Of a DNA stretch of 64,000 nt, positions 38,667-52,655 are shown in pieces (within the stretch, counting starts at the first letter, position 1; each line of letters begins with the position of its first letter). The position numbers and the translations under genes are program-made. Under the pieces are notes generated by a model. It worked only from the letters and a program-made list of their open reading frames with translations, had not been told where the DNA came from and searched no databases. Origin of the DNA: Octopus sinensis (lineage: Eukaryota); NCBI RefSeq assembly GCF_006345805.1, contig NC_043006.1, positions 82,336,001 through 82,400,000 on the forward strand, in the 5' to 3' direction.

Positions 38667-41557
38667 AATCAGATTACTTATGATTAAGTAATGTGCAAAA
38701 CATTTTATTTATTATTTTGCACATTACTTAATCATCGTTATGTTTCATCTTATATTTAAACTTTCTATAATAGGTAATTTTTCTAAATGGTATAATTTAA
38801 AATTTTTCATTACTGAATTGATAAAAGGTGGTTTTTTTCTAATTTATATACACAACTGGTACTTAATTTTTCGACCTTGGTGGAATTTGAACTAAGAACT
38901 TGAAGACAGACGAAATACCGCTAAGCATTTCGCCTGGCATGCTAACATTTCTGCCAGCTCGCTACTTTTATATACACAGTGTATCACATGTGGTGGCAGG
39001 TAAGGGAAGCAGAAGTAAGTGGGTGTGTGGTGGGTTTTTTTTTTTTTTATTAGATGGGCCTGGGTGGAGGTGTTATGCAGTTATTTGTTCTGGGTTTAGA
39101 ATTGTACATTATGTAATTGCTAATTGAAAGTTGTCAGCAATCCCAAGAAGAAATAAATGCATTCAACCATAAGACTCTATTCAATGAAAAGACTGTATAA
39201 AATATTTCAACATGCGCATCAAGTAAATCTTTATTTTCAGTTTTTTTTTGCTGCTGTTGTTGTTTATTTTTTAATAATAATGAAATTATTGTATACAGTG
39301 CTCAGGTGCACCACAACTTGTCAGAAAGTGCATATAAAGTACATGCAGTAATGTAGATTACATATTTTTAGCTGCTAAGGAGTATGTTTTATGAAAAGGA
39401 AAAATTTTGTGTATACACTCATGCAATATATCTATCTGCCTCTCTATCCTTTCATTGTGTGTATGTGTGTGTGTACACATATGATGAGATTCTTTCATTT
39501 TCCATTTCCACATTCACTCACAAAGCTTTGGTCAGCCCAGGGCTGTATTAACCCTTTTGATACCAACCCGGCTGAAACTGCCTCTGGCGCTGTAGTAAAA
39601 ATGTCTTGTTTCCAAGAATTAAAATCTTCCACCAAACATTAGTCACAATTTATGTTCCTAACACCAGCTTAATGATAACTAAGTTATTTTACTAAATTCT
39701 TTGTTGTATTTAAAATTAATTGAAAGAAACACAGAGCATCTCAAAATAAATACGGTAACGAAAGGGTTAAAAGACACATGCCCAAGGTGCCACACAGAAG
39801 GAAAAAAATAAAAACTTCTTACTACATAGCCATGCTTGTACCTCACATACACACACACAATAGTAGTTAGCAGGGTATTCAGGAGTACCACCAATAAATA
39901 TTGTCAGTTTATTCATTATCCAATCACTAGGATAGGCAGTGCAATTTTAACTTGATAAATATTAGTTATCCTGCAAATTCAGTGTCTGTAACAACACTTG
40001 CTGTGCATGCCACGCTGTGTAAAAATATATTCAATGAACGTACTGTCATTTTTGTTTTGTTTATGCTACATGTGTTTCAATAGCCTAGCCATTTATTTGC
40101 ATGTAGTGTATTGCATAAAATGATATTAGATTACCTAGCCTGATTTGTACAATATGCTTTACTACCAGCCATCTCATCTCATCAGGCTTCTTGAACAGTC
40201 AATAATTAGATTTTTCATATACAATACATAGAAATACACACACATACCTATAAAAAGACATGCATATTCGTGTGTGTGTGTGAATCTCATTGTCATTTAA
40301 CATGTCTTCCATGTTGGCATGGATTGGATGGTTTAACATGAATTGGCCAGGTAGAAGACTACACCAGGCTACTGTGTTTGTTTTGACATAGCTTTTATAG
40401 CTGGATGCCCTTCCTAATGCCAACCACCCTGTAAAATAGACTGAGTGATTTTTATGTGGCACCATCACAGGTGACGTCAGTTTTGGCATGGTTTTTCACA
40501 ACTGGATGCCCTTCCAAATGCCAACCACTTCACAGTGTGGGCTGGATACTTTTTATGTGGCACCAGCACTGACAGGGTCACCAAGTAACTTGCAAGACAA
40601 TGAAATTTGAGAGGGGAGGTGACATTAGAGGCGGTGATTTTGTATTAAATGATGAAAGATTATAGTGTGACAGGGAGACAGAGAGGCAGAAACAAGTGTC
40701 TTGCTATAGAGGACGTACATGGTTACCCAGCCAAGAGACCGAAAGAGAGTGAGAGAAAGGTAACAAGAAAGAGGACAGAAACAGGTGTGCTATTGTGGAG
40801 GAGATACATGGTTACCCAGCCAGAGGAAAGAGCAAGGGAAAGAGAAAGTGGGAGATAACAAGAGTAAAAGAGAGTGTAGGAGAGAGATGGTGGTGAAGCA
40901 CCTGAGTATACTCATAGGAATGAGGTTCAGACCATAGATGGGATGGTAGAGTAAGAAAGAGAGAGACAAATGGTGGCAGTTGTCAGGACATGCCCTCACG
41001 GTATGGAGACGTATTGCCAAGACGGCATGAGTAGGGAGTGTGGGTGGGTATTGCAGTGATTGGGGAAAGCAATACAGTGAGCAGGGCAGGGATGGGGAGT
41101 GGCAGAAAATCATAGAGTATGAAGAGGAAATGTGAGGAAGAGAGAAGATGCAGTTTGAGAGAGGAGATGTAGTTTCAATTCTAAGAGTAGGTTATGTGAA
41201 AATTTTATTGTTACGTGTGGGTATAGATACACACACATCATCATAAGTCCGTTTTCCATTCTGGCATGGGTTGGATGGTTTGACTGAAAGCTGGGAAGCT
41301 GTACCAGGTTCCATTCTGACTTGGCATGGTTTCTACAGCTTTGATGCACTTCCTAATGCCAACCACTCCTAGAGTACAGTGGATGCTTTTTTATGTGTCA
41401 CTGGCATGGGTGCCAGGTACATAAATATTTATGTTGTTTAAATGTGAAGAATCCTTCAAGTTTCAAGAATTATTGACAGTAGGCTTTATAGGGTTAAAAA
41501 CTTGGTTTATTCTAAAGAAGCCAGTATCTAATATATTGCTTAAACCACTGGATATGT

Positions 41558-41792
41558 TATGAAGATGTACTTGCATAGCAAGTGCCTGGTCTGAGATCGT
41601 GTGCTGGAATGGAAACAATTGCAGCGTGGAAGGTGTTTATAAGCCATTTAAGAAACACAAAAACTGTTAGATTCACTTCAACATGTAAATTTAATTTGAC
41701 GAAAATATTTTGACAAATTAAATTTAAATGTTGAAGTGAATCTAACGGTTTTTGTGTGTTTCTTAAATGGCTTATAAATACCTTCCACGCTG
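41558..41792. mobile_element. TSD-flanked foldback insert (Penelope-like inverted pLTR architecture)
   Basis: ~80-bp near-perfect inverted arms spanning 41620-41794; 12-bp TSD CACTGGATATGT (41546-41557 / 41793-41804). Confidence 0.65.
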
Positions 41793-43049
41793 CACTGGAT
41801 ATGTATAAAAGAAATAAACTGTTCGTGCCAATCTTTTCAGAAAAATTGTGTTGTTTTTAAACACCAGCTTAATAATGGGGAAAAGTTAGTAATTGAAAAA
41901 CTTGGTTACTTTTTTTTACCAGAAATATGTAGGCTTGTTTTAAGCTTTAAAAAAAAATCTCTCTAAAGATGAGATTGATAGTCTAAATGCTTGATGCCTA
42001 TTATGATATACTAATTAACTATTTCTTTTGTGAGTATATGTGTGTATACTGTTTTTTTTTTTTTTTTTCAGACCAAAAATGTGTTAGGGTTAATAGGGTG
42101 CAGTTTATATGATTTAGTTGGGTTGTTCTAATTATGGTGCTGAAATATGGACAGAAAGAGCACATCATAGAGATTCACAGTTATGAGGAGATGTAAAGGC
42201 ATATTGCTTAGAGCAGAGTTTAGTAGGTGAAAGAGGTGTTCGTGATATACAATATGCAAGGTGAGAGGAGTGGAGATTGCTGTAGTTGGGTTAAAAATAG
42301 AGGTAGTGAGGTAACAACTTTGTTATGTTAACAGAGATTGCAATACTTTTGAGTATTTCTACAGACTTTATATCTAAATGCCATCCATTGCACTTAGGTA
42401 TTTTATTTAAAAATTTCTCACCAATTTAAGGTTTGCTAAAATCATGCAGTTTATGAGTGGCATGGCTTTTCTGTAACCATTTAGCCAAGTTATTGATGTT
42501 GCACTGCACCGTGTGTAGCTAGTATGTGGTGTGTGGTGCCCGCTGTTGGTCTCCTACCTTAATATCGAAATAGTAACATGCAGGCAGGTCTCATCGTTAA
42601 CATTGTTATGTTTCTTCATTGTCACTCAAGATCTGTAAAGTGTAATTAAGGCATGTCACATGATATGTATGTCTGCTTTGTCAGTTGAAAAGAAGTGGGT
42701 CTACCACGTATGGTAATCATAATACATGTACAACATAACTAGAATTTAATTTCACAAAATCTGTATTTTTTATTTTTTCTTACTTGTTTCAGTCATTAGA
42801 CTCTGGCTATGCTGGGGTACTGCCTTGAAGAATTTTTTGGTCGAATGAATTGATCCCATTACTCTTATTTTTATTAAAGACTGGTACTTAGGCTAAGTCT
42901 CTTTTGCTGAACTGTAAAATTACTGGGACATAATCACAGGTTGTCAGATGTTGGGATTGGGAGACAAACACATACACACGATGAACTTTTTTCAGTTTCC
43001 GTCTAGCAAATCCACTCACAAGGCATTGGTTGACCCAAGGCTATAATTT

Positions 43050-43344
43050 TTTGTTCCTTCTCAAGCCATCCCTGGCTCATAAGGGCTAGTTTCCCGGTTT
43101 CCTTGGCATATAGGTTCTTCACCTGGACGGGACGCCGGTCTGTCACAGGTGAGATGTAAGAGGAAAAAGTGAGAGAAAGTTGTAGCAAAAGAGTCAGCAG
43201 AAGTTCACCATTACCTTCTGCCGAAGCCACGTGGAGCTTAGGTATTTTGCTCATAAACACACACATCGTCTGATCTGAGATTCGAACCCACGATCCCTCG
43301 ACCGCGAGTCCGCTGCTCTAACCACTGGGCCATGTTCCTCCACT
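43050..43344 (-). mobile_element. tRNA-derived SINE (family C-related) nested in a family B SINE
   Basis: 13-bp TSD AAGGCTATAATTT; head TGGCCCAGTGGTTAGAGC...GGGTTCGAATCTC; tail shared with the 2490 copy. Confidence 0.85.
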
Positions 43345-44094
43345 AAGGCTATAATTTAAGACACTGGCCCAAGGTCCCATGCAGTGGGACTGAACCCAGA
43401 ACCATGTGGTTTAGAAAACACAGATTTGAAATTGGGATACCAAAAATGAACTAGAAATAATTCTTTGTTTTATTGTAACAAAATCTCCATTGTCCAGTTA
43501 TGTGTTACTGGATTAAGGTATATTACTCACTGACGGTTTGCGTTCAGATAAATTTCTTTTTTCTTTAATGCCACAGTTTACCTTACTGCAGAGTTATACT
43601 GAGCTCTTTTCAATCAAATTATGATATTAAGATATAATTTTAAACACTGACAAATATACAGCCATGCATGTGTGTGTAAAAATAGATGCAGACATGGTTG
43701 TGTAGTTTAGAAGTTCTCTGCCGGTGGCACGTGCAAAAACGATTCGAGCGAGGTCGTTGCCAGTACCGCCTGACTGGTGCCCGTGCCGGTGGTACATAAA
43801 AAGCACCCACAACACTCTGAGTGGTTGGCATTAGGAAGGGCATCTAGCTGTAGAAACTCTGCCAGATCAAGATTGGAGCCTGGTGCAGCCATCTGGTTCG
43901 CCAGCCCTTAGTCAAAATCGTCCATGCTAGCATGGAAAGCGGACGTTAAACGATGATGATGACTTCTGAATCATGCTGTTTGAAATTCAGTTCCACTGTA
44001 GGTTTGTGTTCTCTACTATAGTCATGGATTGATTAATTTGTGAATGAAATTTATAGACAGAAACTGAACCATAGTGTGAGTTAATAAATATATA

Positions 44095-44399
44095 TCCCTT
44101 CTCCTCGACTTACGACTGAGTTTCATTCCGACTGATAGCTCGTAAGTCGATTTGGTCGTATGTCAGATTTATATTTTGCAACATTATTTTCATTCAAACG
44201 CAACTGATGCTTGAGAGCGACTGAGCGAGAGACTGGTAGGCAGTGGATGCCTGGGTCTGAGGAAGGCTTGTGGTACCAGATGCTGCCATAGTTATCGTAA
44301 GCACAGCTGCCCAATGTCTGAAAATCAACTTTTTTGTTTTTTTATTTCCTTATTTTTTGTGGTCATAAGTCATATAGGTCGTAAGTCGAGGAGAAGGTG
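44095..44399. mobile_element. pogo/Tigger-like MITE
   Basis: TA-flanked TIRs CCTTCTCCTCGACTTACGAC...GTCGTAAGTCGAGGAGAAGG. Confidence 0.8.
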
Positions 44400-45729
44400 T
44401 ATTCATGACAGAGGCTGTATACTGAGAGGTAATATTTATCCCTATTTAAATGTGAGTGTTCTGTTACAACAAACTATTCTCTATCTACTACAGTAAAGTT
44501 TGTTCTAACAGGACATCCAATTTTAAGTGAGGATAGATGTTAGTGAGTGAGTTCCTGTTGCTCATTGTCTTCACATGTGTGTGCTGATTGTAGAGAAAAC
44601 TGCCTTATGATTCATGCAAACAATAATCATTGTTTCCAATCCTCTGCAAAAGCATTTCCAACCTGTTTGTTGTTTGATAAAGACAGGAAGATTTATTAAC
44701 TTGCTTGTAAACAGGCGAGGGTTGATGTCAGGAAGAGCATCTGACTACAGAAAACTAACCCATGCAAACTTGGAAAAGTTGCTATGATTGTGATAAGTTT
44801 GTATGCCAAAAGGGGAGAATGAATCTGATATTCTGCAGCTGTCTTCACATCTGAGAGAGAGAAAAGCGGGGGAGAAGAGAAAATGTCTCCCTCCCAAGGG
44901 AGAGTCTGCCCCAAAACATCAGGTTTCCCTTCTACCCACTGCATACAATCTTATTTAACCGTTTAACATTTAAAAAGCACCTGTGTCGGGGCTGCATAAA
45001 TGCACCCATGCTGGTAGCATGTAAAAAGCACCCAGCACACTCTGCTAAGTGGTTGGTGCTTAGAAGGGCATTCAATCATAGAAACCGTGCCACAACAGAC
45101 AGGTGGAGTCTGGACTGCTCGCTGCTAGCCAACTCCATATCAAACCGTCCAACTCATGCCAGCATGGAGACCAAACATTAAACAGCAATAATGATGATGA
45201 TGATATCCGTCCAAAATATTCTACTTGTTTTATGCTCCAACTGGTCCGATCTTGCCTCTCACACCAACACCACAATATCATTCTAAAAATTTAACAGTTA
45301 CCTCATCAAAATCTCAAAACTATGAGATAATGCATGATTAATTGCAAACAATGTGAATAAATTAGTATTACTTTTGATAGCATAATGTGAATGTTAAAGA
45401 ATTAAGACAAAATATATTAGAACAGTAACCCTTGTGAAAACAATCCACCTGTCTTCATGTTGTGCCCCACTGGTTAATAATGATAATTATTTACTAAATT
45501 CAGCATTATTTTCTCATTTAAGTCACAAAAAGGCAATGTCTTTCGAAAGAAACATGGTAAAAAAAAGTTTAAATCCAATACTCTACACATTTTATTTTTC
45601 CTTTATATTTGGTTCTTCTAATTCATTTGACTTCTACATGCTTCATAATTATGCTTGTTAATCAGTCTAGTTTTTTAATTAATTTTTTTTTTCACTTTTT
45701 CTTTGCTTTTCTTTCTTTCCAGGGGGAAA

Positions 45730-45798
45730 ATGAATGATACATCAAAATCTACAAAAAGTGTTGGTGCCATTGCAAGATGCTTTAAAAGATACTGTGAG
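45730..45798 (+). CDS. RER1: RER1 coding exon 1 (MNDTSKSTKSVGAIARCFKRYCE); exon starts ~45723
   Basis: Long polypyrimidine tract + AG at 45721-45722, AAAATG start, GAG|GTAAAC donor in phase 0. Joins in frame to the next exon. Length and phase fit the first coding exon of metazoan RER1, but the sequence itself is poorly conserved. Confidence 0.75.
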
Positions 45799-46280
45799 GT
45801 AAACATTATCATTGTCTTCAGTATTGCTCTCTCTCTCATTTCTAATTGTCCAATCAACTTAAACCCTTTGCCACTCATCCATTCAGTGTCGATATAATAA
45901 AGTACCGGTCATGTACTAGGGTTGGTATAATCAGCTTTCCCTTCCCCTCAAAATTACTGGCCTTGTACCAAAATTAGAAAGAATTATTATTGTGAGGATG
46001 GTACACTGGCAGAATCATTAGAGCATTGGACAAAATGCCTTGTGGTATTTGTTTTCTGAGTTCAAACCTTACCAAGGTCAGTGGTTGATAAAATAAGGTA
46101 CCAACCAAGCACTGGGGTTAATAAATGGATTAATCTCTTCTCTTTAAAATTGTTAACCTTGAACCTAATTTAGAAACAATTGTTAAATAAGTCATTTAAC
46201 AGTGTGTCTTGAAACAAATACAGCTTTGAATTGTATTGCAATACTAGCAAAATCTTTGGAAATTTTTTGCTTTTGAATAA

Positions 46281-46312
<32 letters not shown>

Positions 46313-49300
46313 TTATATAAGCACATACTGACATAGATTTATACACGCACACACACACACAATCTTATTTTGTGTAGCAAACTTATTTTGATACTTTTAT
46401 CTAACCATGCCTCTATTTTATATGCTAAGATAGACTTGGAAAATACTTGAAACAAATGTACAAAGGAGAGGGTGCTTTACTTAAACTCCCACTCTTACTC
46501 AGACCCCAACCCTTATTCTTTCAGAATCCTCTCCCTCCCTCTCACCTTCTCCCTCATGTCTTCGAGTTGGCTTTATCTCTCTTTTTACTCCTATTCTCTG
46601 TCTTTTTATGAACATTGCCATCACCACCATGATTTACCATTTATTATCTCTTCTTTTCTTCAAATTTTTTCCTTTTGCACTTCTTTTTCTTTTAAGTTCT
46701 TTCTACCTCTCCATCGATTCTACTCATTTTACCTCTCTCCATTTTTTCTCCATCACTTAAACCCTGTCTGTTTTCTCTTTCTCTTCTCTCTCTGAATGAA
46801 GCTGCAGAGAAAGACACCAGGTATCTTTGGATTAAGAGAGTTAATCCATGAACTGTTGCTGGGTTATAGGTAAAAAGTCCCTTCAGTCATAAATTGCACC
46901 TAGAAAGTTCCCCTCTGGGGCACAAGTCCAACAAGGTTGCTTATGGAAGACCAGCAGTTGCCCCTGGAAATGCAAAGGCCAATACAGCTTGCTACCAGTG
47001 ACATCACAATCCATTTCTACAGCTGAGTGAACTGAAAAACGTGAAATAAAGGGTCTTGCTCAAGAACATTACGCACAGCCCAGTCTGAGAATCAAACTCA
47101 CTACCTCATGATTGTTAGCCCAATGCTCTAACCACTGAGCCATGCACCTTCACAAGGTGGTTTACAATTCAGCATTTCGCTTCTGGGTTACAGTTGAGCA
47201 ATTTTATCAACCCCAAGTGGGTCACTTGGTTGGGGGTGCTTAATGTTGAAAAACCCAAAAACATCTAATAAGCCCTGATCACATCACTAATGATGCATTT
47301 CAGCTTATTCAGAAAATGTATCCTGCACATCGTCATCATCATCATCATTTAACGTCTGTTTTCCATGCTAGCATAGGTTGGACAGTTCGACCGGGGTCTG
47401 GGAAGCCAGGCTCCAGTCTGATCAGGCAGTGTTTCTACAGCTAGATGCCCTTCCTAATGCCAACCACTCAGTGAGTGTAGCGGGTGCTTTTTATGTGCCA
47501 CCAGCACAGGGGCCAGAGGTGGCTGGCAAACGGCCACGATCGGTTGATGCTTTTTACATAGACGCCAGTCAGGTGGTGCTAGCATCATATTTGTGTCAAA
47601 GTAGTTTTGGTGTGGAAGGTGGGATTAGCTAATTCTTTTATGGTTGGTTTAGTTTGGGTGTAGGATGTCAGATACAAAAACTTTGACTCCTGAGTGGTCA
47701 TTAATCACATACTTTCAATTAGCTAAATTTTTAAGATTGGTCATGCTGTAATCTAATTTGTAAAGATGCGTGGCCTAATAGTTAGGATGTTGCTCTCAGT
47801 TTCTAAATCCTTGATTTGTTTCCTGGACCAGGTGGCATGTTGTGTTCTTGAGCAAAACACTTCATTCATTCACTTCAGTCCACTCAGCTGTAAATGGTAA
47901 GTCTGCAATGGAATCGTCTTCCTGTCAGGGGGAATATTGACCTGCTCACTTAGCCAGCACGGTGGCATCATTCAAAGGCTAAAACAATGTGAAGTGCATT
48001 GTGACCTGTGGTGTATATCATCTGATAATCTAATTTAACTGGCCTGTAGTCTTTGAGAAATTAAAGATAAATGAGACTCAGACAGAATCATTGTTAAAAG
48101 GATAATTTGTCATAGGTTGATGGTAGAAGATTAATTGCAATGGTAGTTATGTTGATGCCATCTTGTTATGGAGGAAAATAAGGAATGTGAGGGAGTGGAA
48201 AAATGAGCTATTCTATTATTAATGAATCCATCATCATCATTTTAATGTCCACTTTGCTATGCTTGCATGGATTGGACCAAATTTGTTGAGGTGGTTTTTC
48301 TACACCTGGTTACCCTTCCTGTTACCAAATCTCACCTGTTTCCAAATTTTCCCAAGACCAAACATGTTTTCATGGAAAATTAGAAATATATAGGTCGTTG
48401 CCAGTACCGCCTGACTGGCACGTAAAAGCACCCACTACACTCTTGGAGTGGTTGGCGTTAGGAAGGCCATCCAGATGTAGAAACTCTGCCAGATCAAGAT
48501 TGAAGCCTGGTGCAGCCATCTGGTTTGCCAGCCTTCAATCATTTGTCCAACTCATGCTAGCATGGAAAGCGGACGTTAAACGATGATGATGACACTGCTT
48601 GTATGACAGTGACACTCATTTACAGCTATTATGCGATGTCAAGACAAGAAGACACTAATACGCACGTGATACACACACAATATATATGAATGTATGTATG
48701 TACAACGGTCTCTTTCAGTGTCTGCCTACCAAATCCACATATAAGGCTTTGATTTGCCTGGTGTTGTAATAGAAGACACTTGCCTATGATATCACACAGT
48801 GGGACGGAACCCAAGGAAGCATGCTTCTCAACCACACAGACATGTCTGCACTTGTTGAGTTAAATGCAAGCACATAGGTTTTAGATTTAAAAAGAGCTGG
48901 TTAATTAAGTATTTAAAATAACTGACTTTACAACCTTTTCAGGATTAAAGCCAAATTTGGAATTCGGCCAAAATAGGATTGTTTAACCCTTTAAGCATTT
49001 AATCCAGTCGTATCTGACCCAAATATTCTACATGTTTTATGTTAAACACCTGTTCTACAATGTCATTCTAAAAATATACTAACACACCATTGAAATCTTG
49101 AAGCTACAAGGTAATGCATGACTAATTCAAAATAATGTGAATATAGAAGCATTACATTTGACAGAGTAATGGGTTAAATGATAAGTCGTAATTAGGTGGC
49201 AATGAGAAATTAATTGTTATAGACATAAATGAAATGATTGTCTTTTACTCATGTATTGTCATCTCATATCACAGTGATTTTAGTTTGGTTTGAACCAGTA

Positions 49301-50775
49301 ACTTTGTGGCTTGTAATTAAACACTTAAATCCAATACATTTCATATGCAAGCTGGCGGGGCTCACTCTGAGCACTCTAATATTTTCACAGTGAATGTACC
49401 AGCCGCCTCTGATACTCGGCGAAGAGCATCCTCTGAGGAATAGTGCAGGCCGAAATGACCGGGAGGTGGCCACGCTACCGCAACATGAAAAGCGATGCCC
49501 GATGATGTCTGCACCGACCCGCGCAGTGACGTGCAGGCGTGAAACTGAACGGGCAAAGACTTCACGCCTCGATATTGTTGTGCACATGTTTAAGAGACAG
49601 TGGATGATAGAATCAGTTGAGCACCAGACAAAATTATTTTACATTTCTAGCGCCGCCTTGACTGGGTTCTGTGCTGGTGGCACATAAAAGCACCAACCGA
49701 TCATGGCCGCTGCCAGCCTCCCCTGGCACCTGTGCCGGTGGCACGTAAAAAGCACCCACTACAGTCACGGAGTGGTTGGCGTTAGGAAGGGCATCCAGCT
49801 GTAGAAACACTGCCAGATCAGACTGGAGCCTGGTGCAGCCTCCTGGCTTCCCAGACCCCGGTCAAACCGTCCAACCCATGCTAGCATGGAAAACGGATGT
49901 TAAACGATGATGATGATGATGAAATATTACATTGGTCAATGCCTGCCTTTCATCCTTCTGGGGACACCAAAAAATAAGTGCCATAAAAGTCCTAGGGTTG
50001 GTTTAACTGACTAATCTCTTCCCACTAAAATTGTGGCTTTATGCTTACTTTATAATTTAGATGCCAGACCAGTAATTTTTGTAAGGAGTAGTGTTAGTTG
50101 ATCCCATCAAATCCATTTATTTGACTACTACTTTATTTTACGGAGCCAGGTGGGTGGAGAATGTGAGCTATAATTAGCCTTGGTGGGATTTGAACTCAGA
50201 ATTTAAAGACCTGAAACAAATTGTTCATGGTATTTCTTTCAATGCTCCAACGATTATGCTAACTGACCATTTTTTTTTTTTTTTTTTAAATCAGAAATCA
50301 GTTTAGTGCATATTTGTGAAACTGTTGTCATATTTGAAAAACTGGAAAAAAAGTCATAGTAGAAAGATTCATTTTACATAAAATATGTTATGAATAAAAG
50401 AAATTATAAAACAAAACAAAAAGAATAGGACCCTTCCCCCTTTTCTACACACTGACATGCACAAGAAAAAGAGGTGTTATCTAGAGTTGTTTAACTTCTA
50501 AGTCCTCTCTAAGAGGGGGCTAAAAAGGAATGCTAGCTAAGTATCTCTTAGTATTCTAGCTGTGACCATGCATCTTTTTAAAGACGCTATATCTAGGATT
50601 GTGTTATTTATTGCATCCTTCATTTTCTTAAGATTATAGTATGCCACAAAGGTAGATTTTGCAGTTATTTCTAGTAGAAAACAAATTTTGAAGGAACCGA
50701 TCTTCACTTGCAACTATCAAGTGATGTGAAAACAAGGAGACACACACACATAAACAATGGGCGTTTTCAGTTTCT

Positions 50776-51210
50776 TATTTCTCTATTGCCCACAGGGGGC
50801 TAAACATAGAGGGGACAAACAAGGACAGGCAAACGGATTAAGTTGATTATATCGACCCCAGAGCGTAACTGGTACTTACTTAATCGACACTGAAAGGATG
50901 AAAGGGTCGGCGGAATTTGAACTCAGAACGTAAAGACAAACGAAATACTGCTAAGCATTTCGCCCGGAGTGCTAACATTTCTTATTGCCCACAAGGGGCT
51001 GCACACAGAAGGGACAAACAAGGACAGAAAAACAGATTAACTCGATTACATCGACCCCAGGGCGAAACTGGCTCTTATTTAATTGACCCTGAAAGGATGA
51101 AAGGGAAAGTTGACCTCAGCAAAATTTGAACTTAGAACGTAACAGCAGATGAAATACCGCTAAGCATTTCGCCCGGCATGCTAACGATTTTGCCAGCTCA
51201 CCGCCTTTGT
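50776..51210 (-). mobile_element. Head-to-tail family A SINE dimer inserted as one unit
   Basis: Two bodies inside a single TSD GC(G/A)TTTTCAGTTTCT (50761-50775 / 51211-51225). Confidence 0.8.
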
Positions 51211-51944
51211 GCATTTTCAGTTTCTGTCTACCAAATCCATTCGAGGCTTTGACCATTTCAGGTCCATTGTAGAAGAAACTTGCCCAAGGGGACACAAATT
51301 GAAGCTGAACCCCATGTTAATTGCTTGGAAAATTATATTTGTATGTCTATCGGATTAAGTGAATATGCAAATTACAAATATCGAGAACATAGATGGGCCT
51401 TGTAATGTATAAAAAAAATCTTTTGTTATTATTTCAAACAGGGGTCAGAATTATGTGTAAGTTGTCTGAATGATTGGTTCAGATTATTAATGTGGGCTAT
51501 AAGAATGGTAAATCTGTTTGAAAGACTTTTGACATTTAGAACATTTCACTCATTAAATATATAGTTCTTGAAATCTCAGTTGAAGGAGTTGGATACCTGA
51601 GCACTTTGTTCTGAATCACACCATGAAAAAGACCATCCTTGATGTAAGAGTTTTCTGATAAATGGAAAATATATGGTTAAATGATCTGTTTAGTTGATTT
51701 GCTGCTGGGGTTTCTTCTCTGGTCTGCATTGAGATTCCTCTATATTACTCTGGCACTCTTTTACTTGTTTCAGTCATGTGACTGTGGCCATGCTGGAGCA
51801 CCGTCTTTGGTCGAGCAAATCGACCCCAGGACTTATTCTTTGTAAGCCTAGTACTTATTTTATCGGTCTATTTTGCCGAACCGCTAAGCATACCAGCATC
51901 CGTTGTCAAGTGATGTTGGTGGGGACAAACATATACACATATAT

Positions 51945-52026
<82 letters not shown>

Positions 52027-52655
52027 TATATACGACGGGCTTCTTTCAGTTTCTGTCTACCAAATCCACTCACAAGGCTTTGGTCCACCCGAGGCTATAG
52101 TAGAAGACACTTGCCCAAGGTGCCACGCAGTGGGACTGAACCCAGAACCATGTGGTTGGTAAGCAAGCTACTTACCACACAGTCACTCCTACGCCTATAT
52201 TCTTCATGTTTAATTTGTCTTTTAGTGTATATTATCTTCCTTCCATTTTCTCTAGCTGAAATGCATCCATTTTTATCTTTTGCCATAATTTAGAGTAATT
52301 TTATTGATCAATATCTGTAATATCCTCTCATTATTTGTTTATATGATTCAGTGCGTTTTAATTTTTTTTTTAGCTACAATTGTTTTAGATGAAATAAAAT
52401 AGTTTTGTTATCAAATAACGAAGTTCATTGTCATGTCTGTTTTTGTGTGTGTGTAAGTAATTATTCATTCATTCAAAGTTGACGGTTCGCTCTGTCGTTA
52501 CTCTTTCTTGCTTGATTGTGACAGTGAATGAATAAAATCTGTCATATTTTATGTATTGAGCACATTTTCTCCTCTTTGTGTATGGAAAACCACATATATA
52601 CTGCATAAATTTATGTGTCATATATATATATATATCTGATTTATATTTATTTCAG

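Noticed and set aside
40690-40822. Direct repeats ending TACATGGTTACCCAGCC with a purine-rich spacer
   Set aside because: Only two diverged units within an old repeat; not CRISPR-like, and the genome is eukaryotic.
43260-43344. tRNA-like sequence (also 2490-2565)
   Set aside because: SINE heads: no acceptor stem or terminator, continuous with a SINE body, and the 43 kb copy lies within a TSD.
51778-52293. 171-aa ORF, the longest in the track
   Set aside because: It runs antisense through a family B SINE and its (TA)n tract (YIYIY); not a gene.
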